A stretch of DNA of 64,000 bases, from contig NC_068981.1 in NCBI RefSeq assembly GCF_001194135.2, forward strand, positions 163,061,940 to 163,125,939. The letters are read 5' to 3'. This stretch comes from Octopus bimaculoides (taxonomy: Eukaryota). Below, piece after piece: positions 41,041 through 54,825 of the stretch (the stretch's first letter is position 1; the number at the start of each line of letters is the position of its first letter). The notes under the pieces were generated by a model, which saw only the letters and a list, made by a program, of their open reading frames with translations, did not search any database and was not told the origin of the DNA. The position numbers and the translations under genes are program-made.

Positions 41041-41624
41041 TTTGTGAACTCTAACCTCAAAGAAATGAAAAGATAAACAAACACAGCAGAATTTAAACTC
41101 AAAATCTTATGCAAAAAAAATTATATAAGTAAATGCCACAAGATAGTCTTATTTGTTGTCCTTTTAAGTCTAGCACTAAAATATTTTAATAATCGGTTCT
41201 TTATTTACAACAAAAGCAATGAATGAAGAGGATGGGATATTATAAAGACAGGTAGTAAAAATCATTGAGGAGGAGGGTTACGTCAAGTGAGAAGGAAAAT
41301 ATGCAGGTGTTGTAAAGGAAAATATATAGAATATTTTCTACCTCATTATCATCATTTAATGCCTGGCTTCCATACTGGCCAGCCAGGGCAAAATAGGGCA
41401 GTCTAGCATTCTCTAATGCACTTCAACATGAACGCAAGTGAACCTTCTGATTTTGATTTCTGAAGCAGAAGGCAAGAAGTTTTGAGAGGATGGTGTATTG
41501 TCAGTCATATCAACTTCCAGTGCTCGACTGGCAGTTTATTTTATTGGTCCCCAGAGTAGTTAAAAGTGTAAACTTCCATATAAAGGGACATAGCTCTAAT
41601 TAAAAGCAGCATATTTGTGTGTGT

Positions 41625-41945
41625 GTGTATGTGTGTGTGGTAAGAAATTGGCTTTCCAGCCACATGGTTCTGGGCTCAGTCTCACTGGATGGCACATTGG
41701 GCATTTTTTTGTTATAGCTCTGGGCCAACCAAAGCCTTGTGAGTGGATTTGGCAGAAAGAAACTGACAAAAGCCCATTATATACATATATATCTGTGTGT
41801 GTGTCATTGTGTTTATGTTTGTCCCACACCATCAACTGAAAACCAGTGCTGGTTTGTTTTTGTCCTCATAACTTAGAGACAATGGGGTTGATTTGTTCTA
41901 AACCGTTCAATGCATTGCCCCACATTGACTACAGTCTAATGACTG
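41625..41945 (+). mobile_element. Decayed near-full copy of the second SINE family
   Basis: Collinear with 16480-16852. Confidence 0.65.
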
Positions 41946-41999
41946 TGCATTCCATGCTAGCATAGGTGGGACGGTAACACAAGAGCCAGCTAGGCCAAA

Positions 42000-42250
42000 G
42001 CCTGCACCAGACTTCTGTGACTGTTTTGGCTGGATTTTTACAGCTGGATGCCCTTCTTAACACCAATGACTCAGCAGAATGGACTTAGTGCTTTTTATGT
42101 GGCACAAGCACAGGCAAGGTGAGTAGTGCTTTTTATGCTGTACAAGTGAGGTCAGTTTTGGCAAGGTTTTACAGCTGGATACCCTTCCGAACACCAACCA
42201 CCTTACAGTGTGAACTGAGTGCATTTAAGTGGCACCTGCACTGACAGGGT
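42000..42250 (-). mobile_element. Decayed RTE 3' tail fragments
   Basis: tacagctggatgcccttc occurs twice; complement of the 12440-12480 motif. Others at ~32300, 32540, 52920 and 54235. Confidence 0.55.
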
Positions 42251-42850
42251 CACCAAGTACTTGCAAGACAAAAACTTTTAAGAGGGGAGGCAGCATTGGA
42301 GGAGGTTATGATGAAAAGTTTATAGTGAGACAGATATAGGTGTCTTGCTGAAGAGGAAGTACATGGTTACCTAGCCAAAGAGAGAAAGATCAGGGATGAA
42401 GACAGAAACAGGAGTGTGACCACAAAGAAAATACATGGTTGACCAGCCTGAGGGAAGTACAGTAGAGGAGAGAGAGTGAGTGGGAGACCGCAGGATGGAG
42501 ATGGTAGTAAAATGCTGGGCATGCTCACAAGGAAAAGGGATTAGAGTATAAATGAGATGGTTGAGTAAAAAAAGAGAGAGAGATATAGATAGTGGCAAGT
42601 GCCAGGTTATACCCTTGAAGTTCAAATGCCATAATATAAGTAACAGGATATTGCAGAGGGAGCGCAATTAAAGGGTGTGAGTAAATGGTGAAAGACCTGG
42701 GTATATATAGAGTAGGAGGGGCTACTGCCTAGCAATGCTACATACATACATACATATATATATATATATANNNNNNNNNNNNNNNNNNNNNNNNNNNATA
42801 TATAAAATAGATCAGGATTCAGGTGAATCAGGCACAGGTTCCGAGAGGGG

Positions 42851-43126
42851 TAAATAATAAATAACAACAGATAGATAATGTGTCAATTCACTACAGCTGT
42901 TTCCAATGAACTTTTAATTGATTAATGGAGACATTACATCATTAGAAAAACCTTTTTTCATCAGGTGAATGCATGAACCACAACATGGTTTTTGAATGTT
43001 GTGGTTCATGTATTCACCTGATGAAAAAGTTTTTTTTTTTTTTCTAATGATGTCTCTATTAATCAATTAAAAATTTGTTGGAAACAGCTGTAGTGAATTG
43101 ACACATTATCCACCTGTTATTTATTT
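42851..43126. mobile_element. Fold-back (hairpin) element, ~130 bp arms and 9 nt loop
   Basis: 42851-42986 pairs with 42996-43126; differences are mostly transitions plus small indels. Confidence 0.8.
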
Positions 43127-43234
43127 ATATATACTTGATCAATTAACAGTTGAATGAGTCATACTCATGTCATACTTTTGACAGAATCATCCAGGTTCAC
43201 CAATTACACTACACTGTACCTATAGTAAATAGAC

Positions 43235-43462
43235 TTAACCCTTTAGTGTTCAGATTACTCTGTTAAATGTAATACTTTTTCACTCAAATTGTTTTGAATT
43301 AATCATACATTATCTTATAGCTTTGAGGCTTCAATGATGTGATTGTTTATTTTTGGAATTTCAATGTAGGTTAGGTGTGAGAGGCTAGATACTGCCAGTT
43401 TGAACATAAAACATGTAGAATATCTGGGCCAGATATGGCCAGTTTAAACACTAAAGGGTTAA
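43235..43462. mobile_element. piggyBac-type MITE, TTAA|CCCTTTAG...CTAAAGGG|TTAA
   Basis: TTAA on both sides, CCC/GGG termini; related copies at 10085, 23791 and 45878. Confidence 0.8.
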
Positions 43463-44729
43463 AACCTGCTCAGGCTACACTTGTCTAGCAGTAAATTGTA
43501 ACTACCGAAGCCTCATACAAAGACTTTTACCTGGCAAGTTTAAGTTATTTCTTCACCCTCATACACATAATATTTTATTCAGAAAGCAATTTACAATACC
43601 TAACCTTCACTAAATGATAAAAAGGATGCAAAAGAAAACAGTGATTATTTATATACGTGTATCTCTACAATGATGCATATAAACACAGCTAATACAATGA
43701 GACATGTCAAACCATAGACTGAAATAAACAAACATATATATGTAATTTTAAACACACACACACATCCATATAAATGCAGAAAGCTACCATATGATTAGAA
43801 GTGGGTATCAAAATAGTCTCATTATTTATACATAGTTAACTGCTGAAAAATAACAATGATTAAGTATAAATAAATAAAGCAGCTGGTCTAATCAAATAAC
43901 AAAGGTTACTATTAAGGAAAGAATAAAAGATTTTGGCCGCTAATTTCTGATGAGAAACATGTGCACATTACAATCACAATTCTAAAATCTGACAAAAATC
44001 TACTAATTAATAGTCATGTAACACGCACACACACAACATTCATTTTGCCATGCTAGTAAAAGATTAAATGTTTTATTTAATTGATTTTACAATTAGATGG
44101 TCATCCTTATGCTTACTAACCATACTACTATAAAATGCTTGAGCCAGTGAGAAAGCCTCTAAATAGTTGTGTGACCTGCTAGAAATAGCAGCTAAATCTC
44201 TCTCATATGACACTACCCTATATATAAAAAGATAAGGACACAGGATAATGTAGTCCTTGACACATACTTGAGAAACAAAAAGGAAGTTATGTTCACACCT
44301 GAAATGCCTTAGATTAGAAGTCCTCTCAATGAGATCTTTATCTGAACTTATAAACAAAAACCACAACCACAAAAATGGAAGTGAAACTGAATTTTTTTTT
44401 CTTTTTTAAATTTACACTGCTTCTATCAAATTTTTTTTTTGTTTTTCATTTTTAAATTTTCACTGCTTTTATCATTTAGCAAACAGGGCAACCACTGTTA
44501 TAGGCTTTTCAAAGGATCACAATATAATGACTACCACAAGGTTTAGTCCTTGTAGTGGTGGCTTATGTGCCTTGATGACCCCGAGAGCAATGCCAATGGA
44601 GCAAAAGCTCTTTCTAAAACATTCTTTGCAGGAAAGGTCAAATGATAGACTAATGTAGACTACATCTTCCCAGAGGTAAAAATAAGTTTGCATTGTGTTG
44701 ATATCCCTAAAAAAGTTACAGAGGCACCA

Positions 44730-44900
44730 ATGAAAACTCAACCAACTAGGCATAGGAGAGGAAGGCTTTCCCCCAGGAAAACATGAGACAGTTGAAAAAA
44801 GCAGAGATCCGGTTGAAGAGAAGTAGAGAACTCAGCCCAGGATCAAGAACAATGGAGAAAAGTTGTTGATGGCCTATGATCCATAGAGAGTAAAGTGCTT
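44730..44900 (+). mobile_element. RTE LINE ORF2 extreme 3' fragment
   Basis: ...PRKT*...AQDQEQWRKVVDGL*SIESK. Confidence 0.5.
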
Positions 44901-45361
44901 ATATAATTACCAAAGTAAACTCTTGATCATGGTGTGTAGTCCAGCATCATCACTATTTAACATAAAGAGAGAGACAGAGAGGGCCTCAACACCTATTTCA
45001 ATCACTGTTTGTAATTTCTAAACATTTGCAAATACAGATAAGATCTAGGATCCAAATAAACTGGTGATGATGTGTATAACTGAAAGCTAATCAATCCATA
45101 ACAGTTTGTTGATAAGAGAATAAATTACAATGGCTAATTTTCCTTGAGAACAGAACAAAATCTAATATTTCAGACATTTGTATTTCCTTGGAGGAAAAGA
45201 ACATATGTACACCAATAGCATTTCTGAAAATATAGATCTTCTGTTTTTTTCTCCCTCTTTTCATTTGCTTTTTCTCATTGTTTTGCTTCATTTCATTTTA
45301 TGCATGTGTTTTAAGAAAGTTTCATTTGATTTTGTTTTACTTATGCTCTCTCTCTCTTTAT

Positions 45362-45399
<38 letters not shown>

Positions 45400-45402
<3 letters not shown>

Positions 45403-45682
45403 TGAAGTACATTTGCCACTTAAATGTGGCTGACCCCTAAGGGTGGATGTTACTGTTGCTTTTAGCCCCAGGAGAACATCTCCTCCAGCTGGCTATCGAC
45501 ATACTCTGTGTTCGTACGTATCGCAGATCAAGATGGGAACGATAACTTCCCTTTGCAAATACAGACAGGACACAAATGTGTGTCGATAGCCAGCTGGAGG
45601 AGATGTTCTCCTGGGGCTAAAAGAAACAGTAACATCCACCCTTAGGGGTCAGCCACATTTAAGTGGCAAATATACTTCACCT
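45400..45682. mobile_element. Young MITE/fold-back element with ~103 bp terminal inverted repeats and a ~75 bp spacer
   Basis: 45401-45503 is the reverse complement of 45579-45681 with about 3 mismatches. Confidence 0.85.
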
Positions 45683-45727
45683 TGTCGTGCAGTTACTGTT
45701 AATACCTCGTTCAGAGATTTAACATTG

Positions 45728-45782
<55 letters not shown>

Positions 45783-45877
45783 TAGATATATATATATTAC
45801 GTATGTGGTGTCCCCTGGTGGACAGTTAATACAAAGAAGATAATCATTTCTTCAAACTATTTGGCAGGGTTTGAAGT

Positions 45878-46010
45878 TTAACCCTTTAGCATTCAGATTA
45901 TTCGGTTGAATATAACTCACATTGTTTTGAATTAGTCATGCTTTATACTGTAGCTTTGTGATTTTTGTAGGGTAGGTGTCAGAAGCCAGATCTCACCAAT
46001 TAGAACAGAG
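45878..46010. mobile_element. piggyBac-type MITE, partial copy
   Basis: Starts ttaaccctttagcattcagatta. Confidence 0.55.
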
Positions 46011-47197
46011 TATTTCACACATGAGATAAATGAAGACCTTTTTTTTCTTGGAGAATAGTCTCACTATGAGAAAACTGACTATCACCTCATGCACCATGGA
46101 CTTCATCTGGAGGAAAAGGGTTTGACCAAAAATCAAATTGCTAGACATCTTATCACAAATCAACATAAAGGAAGCTTAACTATTGATGCATATGTAAAAG
46201 TTAAAGGTATCCCAAGATTATTAATTACTCTCACAGCATGTCAACCAGCATTCTGAACAGGTTAAATATAATTCTCTAACCTATATCCAGTATATTTGCT
46301 CTCTGTACTTCTATTACCATAATTATACTTCTTCATTTACATTTTGTTGGTTGCAAGAACGAAAGATACTATAGAGTTATCTGAATTTGTGTTGCAGACT
46401 AGTGTTCTTTGGAACACTACTCTATGACTCTCACAAATATGTGCCATTTGAGGGATAGACTCCTAATGGGGGTGAGTCCAAAAGTAAGGAAGCCAAGCAG
46501 ATACACAAAATTCACATTTATTAGCATAGATTTCAAGTCTACTCAAATCAGCCCTTACTATGTTCTATAAGACAGATTGGTCATGGTTGGAAGGACTCTG
46601 GTTACAAATCTACTTAAATCAGAGATGACATGAAGCCAAACAACAATGGCTACACATACACACATATACACACACACAACAGTGCTTTGGCATACTGACA
46701 ACAGTAATGGCATATGAGGAAACTTTCTGACTCAACACATCTCCATTCAAACTTCTGTAGAGCCACTCATGGTTGTCTCCACAAAAGAAACAAAACATTA
46801 ACATCCAGAAGCCTCTAAATGTGTTTGTATGTAAATGCAATCATACATCACATAGTCAGAGAAAAAAGAATAGAGATGTATACTCTACTGCACACACACA
46901 CACAAAATGAAAGAAAACATAAAAAAGTCAAATTATGCCTTTCATATACACAGAGAACAATATAAAACAGAATAATGAAAACAAAACAATAACACACAAA
47001 CAAAACCCCGCAAATATGTAGGCAAATACATATTTGCAGAAATATTTTCTGGCAAGAAAATCCCAATGACAACAAATACAATAAAATAGAAAAAAAAAAG
47101 GGGGAAAAAATATATTTTAAAAAAGACCACATAGATACAAATAATACTACTACTATTAATAATAATGATAATAATAATAGACACCATAGATTCTAAC

Positions 47198-47388
47198 CTG
47201 GCATCTAAAAATCTGGATCGTAATATCATAACTGCTTCACATGTGCTTTGTTTTAACTGCATCTCAATTGCAGCAAATTTTTTCCGAATTATGCTAACCA
47301 TCCGTTCTATTTCTTTCGGAGCAATTGGACGAGTGCGACTTTGCTCCCGTAGTAAATTTATTACATGACTGGTAAATTCATTACACGC
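47198..47388 (-). CDS. PBX: PBX exon, PBC-B: [64 protein letters not shown]
   Basis: Acceptor ttttgcag|GCG, donor GCCAG|gttaga; 191 nt; near-invariant PBX sequence. Confidence 0.98.
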
Positions 47389-47624
47389 CTGCAAAAGATG
47401 TAAGAAAATAATGAAAATTAAATACAAAGTTTAAAACAATAAACATATAAAACTATAGGGGTAAATTTTAAAACTTTTTCATGCTTTCAAATTTGTGTAT
47501 TAATTGAAAAAAAAAAAAAAAAAAAAGTAATGAATACAAACATGGTCACTCATTTTGAGGAATGAAAAACAATTGATTTCAACAGAATTAGAATTTAAGG
47601 GATGTAACAATAAGAAAAATTCTT

Positions 47625-49030
47625 TATTTCGGGGGCATAAGGCCAGTAAATTTTAGGGGAGGTGGGGCATAACATAACCCCCAGAATAATAATAATAACA
47701 ATAATAATAATAATAATAATGGTTTGAAATTTTGCCACAAGGGCAGCAGTTTTGGGGGAGGAGACGAGTCAATTACATTGACCCCAGTGTTCAACTAGTA
47801 CTTATTTTATCAACCCCAAAAGGATGAAAGGCAAAGTTGACCTTGGTGGAATTTGAACTCAGAACGTAGTGACGAGTGAAATTACACTGAGCATTTCGCT
47901 CAGTGTGCTAACAATTCTGCCAGCTAAAAATAATAATAATAAGAGTAATAATAATAATAATAATAACAACAACAATAATAATGGTTTCAAATTTTTGCCA
48001 CAAGAGCAGCCATTTTGGGGGAAGGGAAAAGTTGATTACATCAACCCCAGAGTTCAACTGGTTCTTAATTCTTTGACCCCGAAAGGAAAAAAGACAAAGT
48101 CGACCTTGGTAAATTTGAACTCAGATTGGAACGACGGGTGAAATATTGCTAAGCATTTCATCCAGCATGCTAACGAATCTGCCAGCTAATAATAATAATA
48201 ATGGTTTCAAAATTTGAAACAAGGCCAGTAACTTTTGGAGAGGGAGCAAAGTCAATTACATCAACACCAGTGCTTGACTGGTACTTGGTTTATCAACCCT
48301 GAGAGGAGGAAAAGCAGAGTCGACCCTGGCGGCATTTGAATTCAGAAAGTAAAGATGGACGAAATGCTGCTACGCATTTTCTCCAAGGTGCCAAATCCTG
48401 AGTACATATGAACAAAGTACTTTTGACTCAACTTGTAACAGAATTAAATAACAGCTTTGGAAAAGAACATATATCTATTTTCAGTGAGGCGAAATAATAG
48501 TAAAGTGATGTAAGTTGCTCTATCAAATAGAGGATTTCTTTTATTGTTCTCAATGGCCCATGACATTGGGGACAACACAAAGATCACAACGATGAAGTAT
48601 ACACCATCCTGCCCCAAACAAAAACACCAAAAAGAAGAAATGGCAAGAGATTTAGACTGAGTAAAAGGATGTACACAACAAAATAATAAAGACTCAGATA
48701 GATAAAGAGAAACAGTTACAGATTTTGCCACAAGGCCAGTAATTTTTAGTGGGAGGGGGTAAGTTAATTACATCAACCCCAGTATTTGACTGGTACTTTA
48801 TTTTATCAGTCCCAAGATGTTGAAAGGCAAAGTTGACCTTGGTAGAATTTGAACACAAAATGCTGAGAGCCAGATGAAATGCAGCTAAGCATTTCGTTTG
48901 ACACAATGATTCTGCCAGCTCACAGCCTTAATAAATAGATAATAATAATAAATTGCAATAAGGAATGATATCTCACATTGGCATTGGGGAGAAGGTTAGT
49001 CAATTAAATTGACCCAGCACATGCCTTGAT
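47625..49030 (-). mobile_element. Second cluster of the same SINE (about four full and two partial copies)
   Basis: Same motifs at ~47720, 47980, 48200 and 48722; (AAT)n spacers. Confidence 0.8.
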
Positions 49031-49837
49031 TTGGCTGACTCCAGAGGAATAAAAGATTAACAGATAACTCCTTTTGATAATGAGGCACATGCTAAACTAA
49101 TCTTGTTAACAGAAAAAAAAAAAGGTCTTTATGTTGTTTATTAGTTACAGTTCAATTAACAAGAGAGATATGCCAACAAACCATACAAAATGCTTTAGAT
49201 TCACATTATCACGTGGGAAGGCTTTTACAGGAAGGGAAAGTTAAACACTTGAAAGATTTTGATGTAATGAAAATAATTTTTATATGAAATTAAATGGTAA
49301 ATAAACAAATTTATAAAATAAACCCACTACTAAAAGATGAAAGAAAGAGGAGTAATCTAGTTATAAAAGGCAATTATATAGTTGAGATTGAAGGTGTAAT
49401 TTATGAGATGATAGATAATAGCAATTTTAATATATGTTAACAAGAGCACACTTGCAGCATGTAGAATGGGGTGATGGGCAGTCTTATATTAGTAGATGTG
49501 CAACATAGCACTAAAATATCACACTAATCATGTATCCTAAGGAAAGGATAGAAGAATCGGGGGTAAATTATGTCAATAAGGGATGGAAGATGGGTATAGT
49601 TTTGTAGAGGAGTTAAAGTTGAGAAAGGAAACAGGTGATTTATATTATAGTTTCAAGGTAGAAAATTATCGTTAGCAGGAAACAATTATAATCATAAATG
49701 TAGACTCTCTGTACTCTTTTTCGTATTCCATGATTTCAAATTCAAACTTCAATTTCTACTTCGCCCAGTGAGGAGATAGTTACTTCCCTTTATACTGGTG
49801 ACTATCCAGAGGGCTCAAAGAGTGCAAAATTACATAC

Positions 49838-50155
49838 TCCTAAATTCTGCCAGCTTGCCACTTAATAATAATTCTTTTTAATTTTTGGCACAAGGCCAGC
49901 AATTTTCAAGGGAGTGAGTAGTTGATGAAACAATGAAAGGCAAAGCTGGCCTTAGTGGAATTTAAACTTAGAATGTAAAGCCAGAAGAAATGCCGCTAAG
50001 CATTTTGTCCAGTTCAGCATAGTAACAATTCTTTGCTTTAATAATAATAATAATAGGAAAAGTCAACCCCAGCAGCATTTGAACTCAGAATGTACAGACA
50101 AAATGCCAAAGCATTTTGCCCAGTGCAGTAACAGTTCTGCCAGCTTGCTGTCTTA
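49838..50155 (-). mobile_element. Third cluster of the same SINE (partial copies)
   Basis: B box complement atttgaactcag and A box complement ttctgccagc. Confidence 0.7.
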
Positions 50156-51405
50156 AATTATGGATATATATGAAGAAAGTACTTTTGGATTATTTCCTAA
50201 TTAAATACCTACTTTGGAAAAGAAGTGGAATCTATCAGTTATGCAGAATAACAAATGTTCAATTAAAGAAGACCATAAAACACAAGGTGCACCAGCAAGT
50301 TTTGAACTCATAACTTTGTGGTTCAGTCATATCCCAGTGTCTTAAATCCTAAAATCAGCTGGAATTCTAGTGTTATAAAATCTGATAGAATTTAGTTTGA
50401 ATGGTGGCATAAGGTAAGAAATGGTAGAAGAACCATCTAAAGTAATTAGGACAATAATGACATGGAAATATCTAAAATGGAATATAGGAAGTGACTTTCA
50501 TGGGAGAGGTAATGAAATGTAATTTATATCAATTCAAGCATAGAGCTAGTATGCTTTTATTCTTATAGATTATCTCATCTTAGATATCCAATTTCAGAAA
50601 ATTCTAATGGTGCAGACTGCAGTCCAAATTCAACGGAGTGGAATATACCCACCCAACATTAGCAGTTAGCTAAGCACAATCAAATATCTAGTAATTCTAA
50701 ACTTGCTTCAATTTGACAAATACTTTTATTAAAAGTTTTATATTTCGAAGGTTAGGAAACTTATAAATAATGGTTTGAAAATTTATGAAAGGAAAACAGA
50801 GAATAAAATTGCAAAGCCATCATATAATAATATTTATCTTTAACTATATTTGTTGCAGCTGGTTAAATTGATAGTATGTATACTTCTATATTTTATCCCT
50901 GGCACTGTGTAGTATTCAAAGACAGTTCATTTCTTAACAAGTACTTAAGTTGAAACAAGAAACAGCTACACTAATTCAAAACAGGAGCCAACAAAAGTGT
51001 TTTTAAATGCTAGAAACAGCAACCAAATCTTTCCCAAATTAAACTAAAGACTATCTTAAAAATGGAAAGGACTGATTAAATAATGTAATCACAGATATAT
51101 CAAGAACGATGTGAAGGTCACAGTTGAAACCGTTTTTAATTTTTATTTTACATAGGGCTGCTTGATCAAACCTGATTTAGATGTGGACAAATACGTGTGG
51201 ATATATATGTATGCATATGCCATGGAGTGAGACTGTATGTGAAATGAAGTGACTCGGGAAACATGTACATTACATGCGTGTGTGTGTGCGTGTGTATATA
51301 TTATATACATTGCCAAAAGAGACAGCAGAGCTTGGTGTAGTCTTCTGATTTGCCAAACAATCCAATGCCAACATGGAAAATAGATTTTAAATGATGATGA
51401 TGAAG

Positions 51406-51440
<35 letters not shown>

Positions 51441-52306
51441 NNNNNNNNNNTATATATTCATCTTCGTAACATTTAACCTTCCATTCTTGCATGGATCTGG
51501 AAGGGTTTATAGAGGCATATGCTTTTCCCGCAGTCAACCCCTACAAGGTAATATCTCCCCACAACCAGAAATATTTTTGAAAAATAGTGGAAATGAGTGA
51601 CATTCATTTACAACTATCATGATATATCAAAACAAGAAGACACACACACACACACGTAATGGATTTCTTTTGTTTGTCAGCTATCAAATCCACTTGCCCA
51701 AGGTGCCAGGCAGCAGGACTGAAACCATGTGGTTAGGAAGCAGACTTCTTAACCACACAGCCAAGCCTACACACCCACACACATTACATATATATGCTAT
51801 ACTGTAGTTAGATAAAATGAGGCTCAATGGAGAGTTCAGCTATTGCATGGATCATCTTGATTTAGTAAACAAACTCAGATTATGAAGGGGAAGGATGTAT
51901 GCATAAGTGTTTGAAGGTCCACATTTGTATGCACCATGTATTATATTTTGTGTGTGTGTGTGAGCCTATGTATAGATGTGTGAACAAGACCCATATCAAA
52001 ATGATGGTCAATTTCATGCATTGCTGCTGGGAAGTATGCATTATATGTGTATGCAGATGTGTGCGTTTATGTGTATAACTGTGCATGCACATACAGGAGT
52101 TAGTGTGCCTGTGAGGATGTCAGCGGTAGGTAGGTAGCTGAAGAAGCCATAAATATAAAGAGACAAAGAGAAAACAAGATAAGCAAGAGACAGAGAGTAT
52201 TAAATTGCTGTCAGAGACAGTAACATGTTCAGTGTCAATTCCTTTGATTGTATGTGTATTAGAGTATGCATATGCATATGTGACTATATGGCATGGAGAT
52301 TATATA

Positions 52307-52351
<45 letters not shown>

Positions 52352-54689
52352 CTATGATGTTTGTCCTTCAGCACCATTTAACAGGTGTTGGTTTGTTTAT
52401 GTTCCTGTAAATCAGCAGATCAGCAAATGAGGCTGATAAAATAAGTACCATGCTTAAAAAAAAAAAAAAAAAATGGAGTTGATTTGTTTAATTAAAACCC
52501 TTCAAGGGAGTGCCCCAGCATGACCATAGTCCAATGATTGAAAGAAGTTGTTTATCTATAATACATAAATATGTATAACATATAACACATATATGTGTGT
52601 GTATGTGTAGGTGTTTAAGAGACTGGAAAAGGATGCTTGTTCATTGGTTTGCCTTTTATGTTTATTGATTGGATTATGCTGTTTGTGTGTGCATATATAT
52701 GTTTAATCTTACTGACTCAGCCACTCCTTTTATCTTCCTCTCTATCACACCCTCTTTCTTTAACAACTGGAATATTCATGTAGCTACTCTACAATAGGAC
52801 ACCAGTCCCTGTCACTCAATACCTCTAATCGCTCATCAACCGGCACAAAGCCAGCCCTCCTTCATTACTACGCGCTCCACCCAGCTGAGGTGGAGGGGTT
52901 TGTCTTGCAAGTTAGTGACCCTGTTTGTGCTGGGACCATGTAAAAAGCACTGGTGCTGATGCCATATAAAAAGCACCCAGTACACTCTGTAAAGTGATTG
53001 GCATTAGGAAAGGCATCCAGTCATGAACCAAACTATGGAGCCACCTCCAGTCAAACCACTGAACCCATATCAACATAGAAAAACAGATGTATGATGATGA
53101 TGATATATGTTCTGAAATAGGTCAGCTGCAATGAAATTTCAATAGTACAAGTATGTGTTAAATACATGTGCACACTGGTGTGACCTCATACCAGCATAAG
53201 ATATGCATACTTTTGTGCATAAAGAACATTTAAAGAAGGGATGAGAAGCTCTAGCAACACTACTGATGTTAATCTCATACATATATACTTACACACAACA
53301 TTCATATTTAGTTAAATTACATGTATGCGTTTGTGTGTGTGTATTTGTATATGCATGTACATATACAAGTGTATGTGTACAGAAAGACAGACAGAGTTAA
53401 ACATGTGCACATACACAAATAGTTGATACATTTGCCTTGCTATATAATATTTCTTACAATAGCGATAAGTATTTAGCTACCATTAAGACAAATTTAGATG
53501 TCTTCGAGATAGGAGAGAAAGTCTGCAAGTCTGCCACAACAATTGGTTTGATTGCTAAACTTACAAAATGGCAGCAGCTATTCATAACAGCATATTTAAT
53601 TTAATGATTTAAGATGAATAAAATCTTAAATCTGTACAGTTTCTATAAGATTAGTGGATCGAAAGCTGTATGATACATGACTAGATAAACAGAAGAATGC
53701 TTATTAAGTCAGGGCTGAGTTCAAAGATAGGTTATGCACACACTTAAATTCTTTTCTAGATCTGCATGTAAGCAGCTTACTGTTAAAGTAACCTGCTAGC
53801 CAATAAGTACGATGACCGATGGGTCTGACACTACTAAGGAAACAGTAAAACTTGGGGCAATTGCTTTCAAGTAACTGAATAAATACCTTTTATGGTTGAA
53901 AATGTAATTGAACAAGCGTTCTCAAATGAATTAATGATGAAGTTATTGTTTGTGTGCTAATAAAGAATACAAGAAAGTGGTGTTATGTAGTAGGTGCCAG
54001 AAATCATTATCTGATGTCACATGGCTATCAATTTGGACGTTTTTATCATTTCTTTATCACTAGCTCTAGAACATTTTCAATAGTGTTTAGCATTTAAATT
54101 CTTCACTAGAAAATCTGTTTGGAATTACTGTTGTTGATGACTGAAGAAAATGTTAAAAGAATTATGTAAGAAACAAAACCCGGTTTTTAACTTTATACCT
54201 TAATAGTCAGGTTAGTTCTGACTAAGAATTTTAACCATGGCCAACCACTCAGGTGCTTTTACATACCATCAGCACAAGTGCCATTTGCGTGACACCGGGG
54301 TGCTTTTACGTGCCACCAGCATGGGTGCCATTTGCATGACACTGGTATCTGCCACAACTACGATTTTGCTCAGCTACAGTTTAACATTTCTTTCTTTTCT
54401 TGTTTTGATGATGATAGGTTGATGATGGTATGTTTATTGGACAATTTATTGTTACACACACACATATACATACAACCATGCTGGTGCACCACCGTAAGAG
54501 CTTCAATCAAACAAATTGACCCCAGTACTTTTTTTAAAGATTGGTACTAACTCTATCAGTCCCTTTTCCTGAACCAATAAGCTATGGGGATGTAAAGAAA
54601 CCAATACTGATTGTCAATCAGTTTAATGGGGGCCAAGGCACAAATACATATTTTATAATATAAATATATAAAGTTGAAATTTATAGAAA

Positions 54690-54825
54690 AACAAAAGATG
54701 AAGACAGGTGTATGAACAACAAGCAAGTACATTTGAGTTTGACACTCAGGAAAATGAAAGTCTTTTACGTTTCAAGCCTACGCTCTTCAACAGAAAGGAA
54801 TAAAAGAAAATAAACAGAGAGGTAT
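54690..54825 (-). mobile_element. Short repeat carrying hammerhead copy 2, possibly a Penelope-like terminal remnant
   Basis: About 130 nt similar to 56110-56250 in the same orientation. Confidence 0.45.
54760..54799 (-). ncRNA. Minimal type I hammerhead-ribozyme-like motif, copy 2 (GUA cleavage triplet)
   Basis: Minus strand reads cttt CTGTTGA a GAGC gtag GCTT GAA AC GT A aaag. Confidence 0.55.

Noticed and set aside
43015-43050. CTGATGA in the fold-back element as a hammerhead core (also 18718, 38187, 43948)
   Set aside because: No stem II followed by GAAA and no helix III
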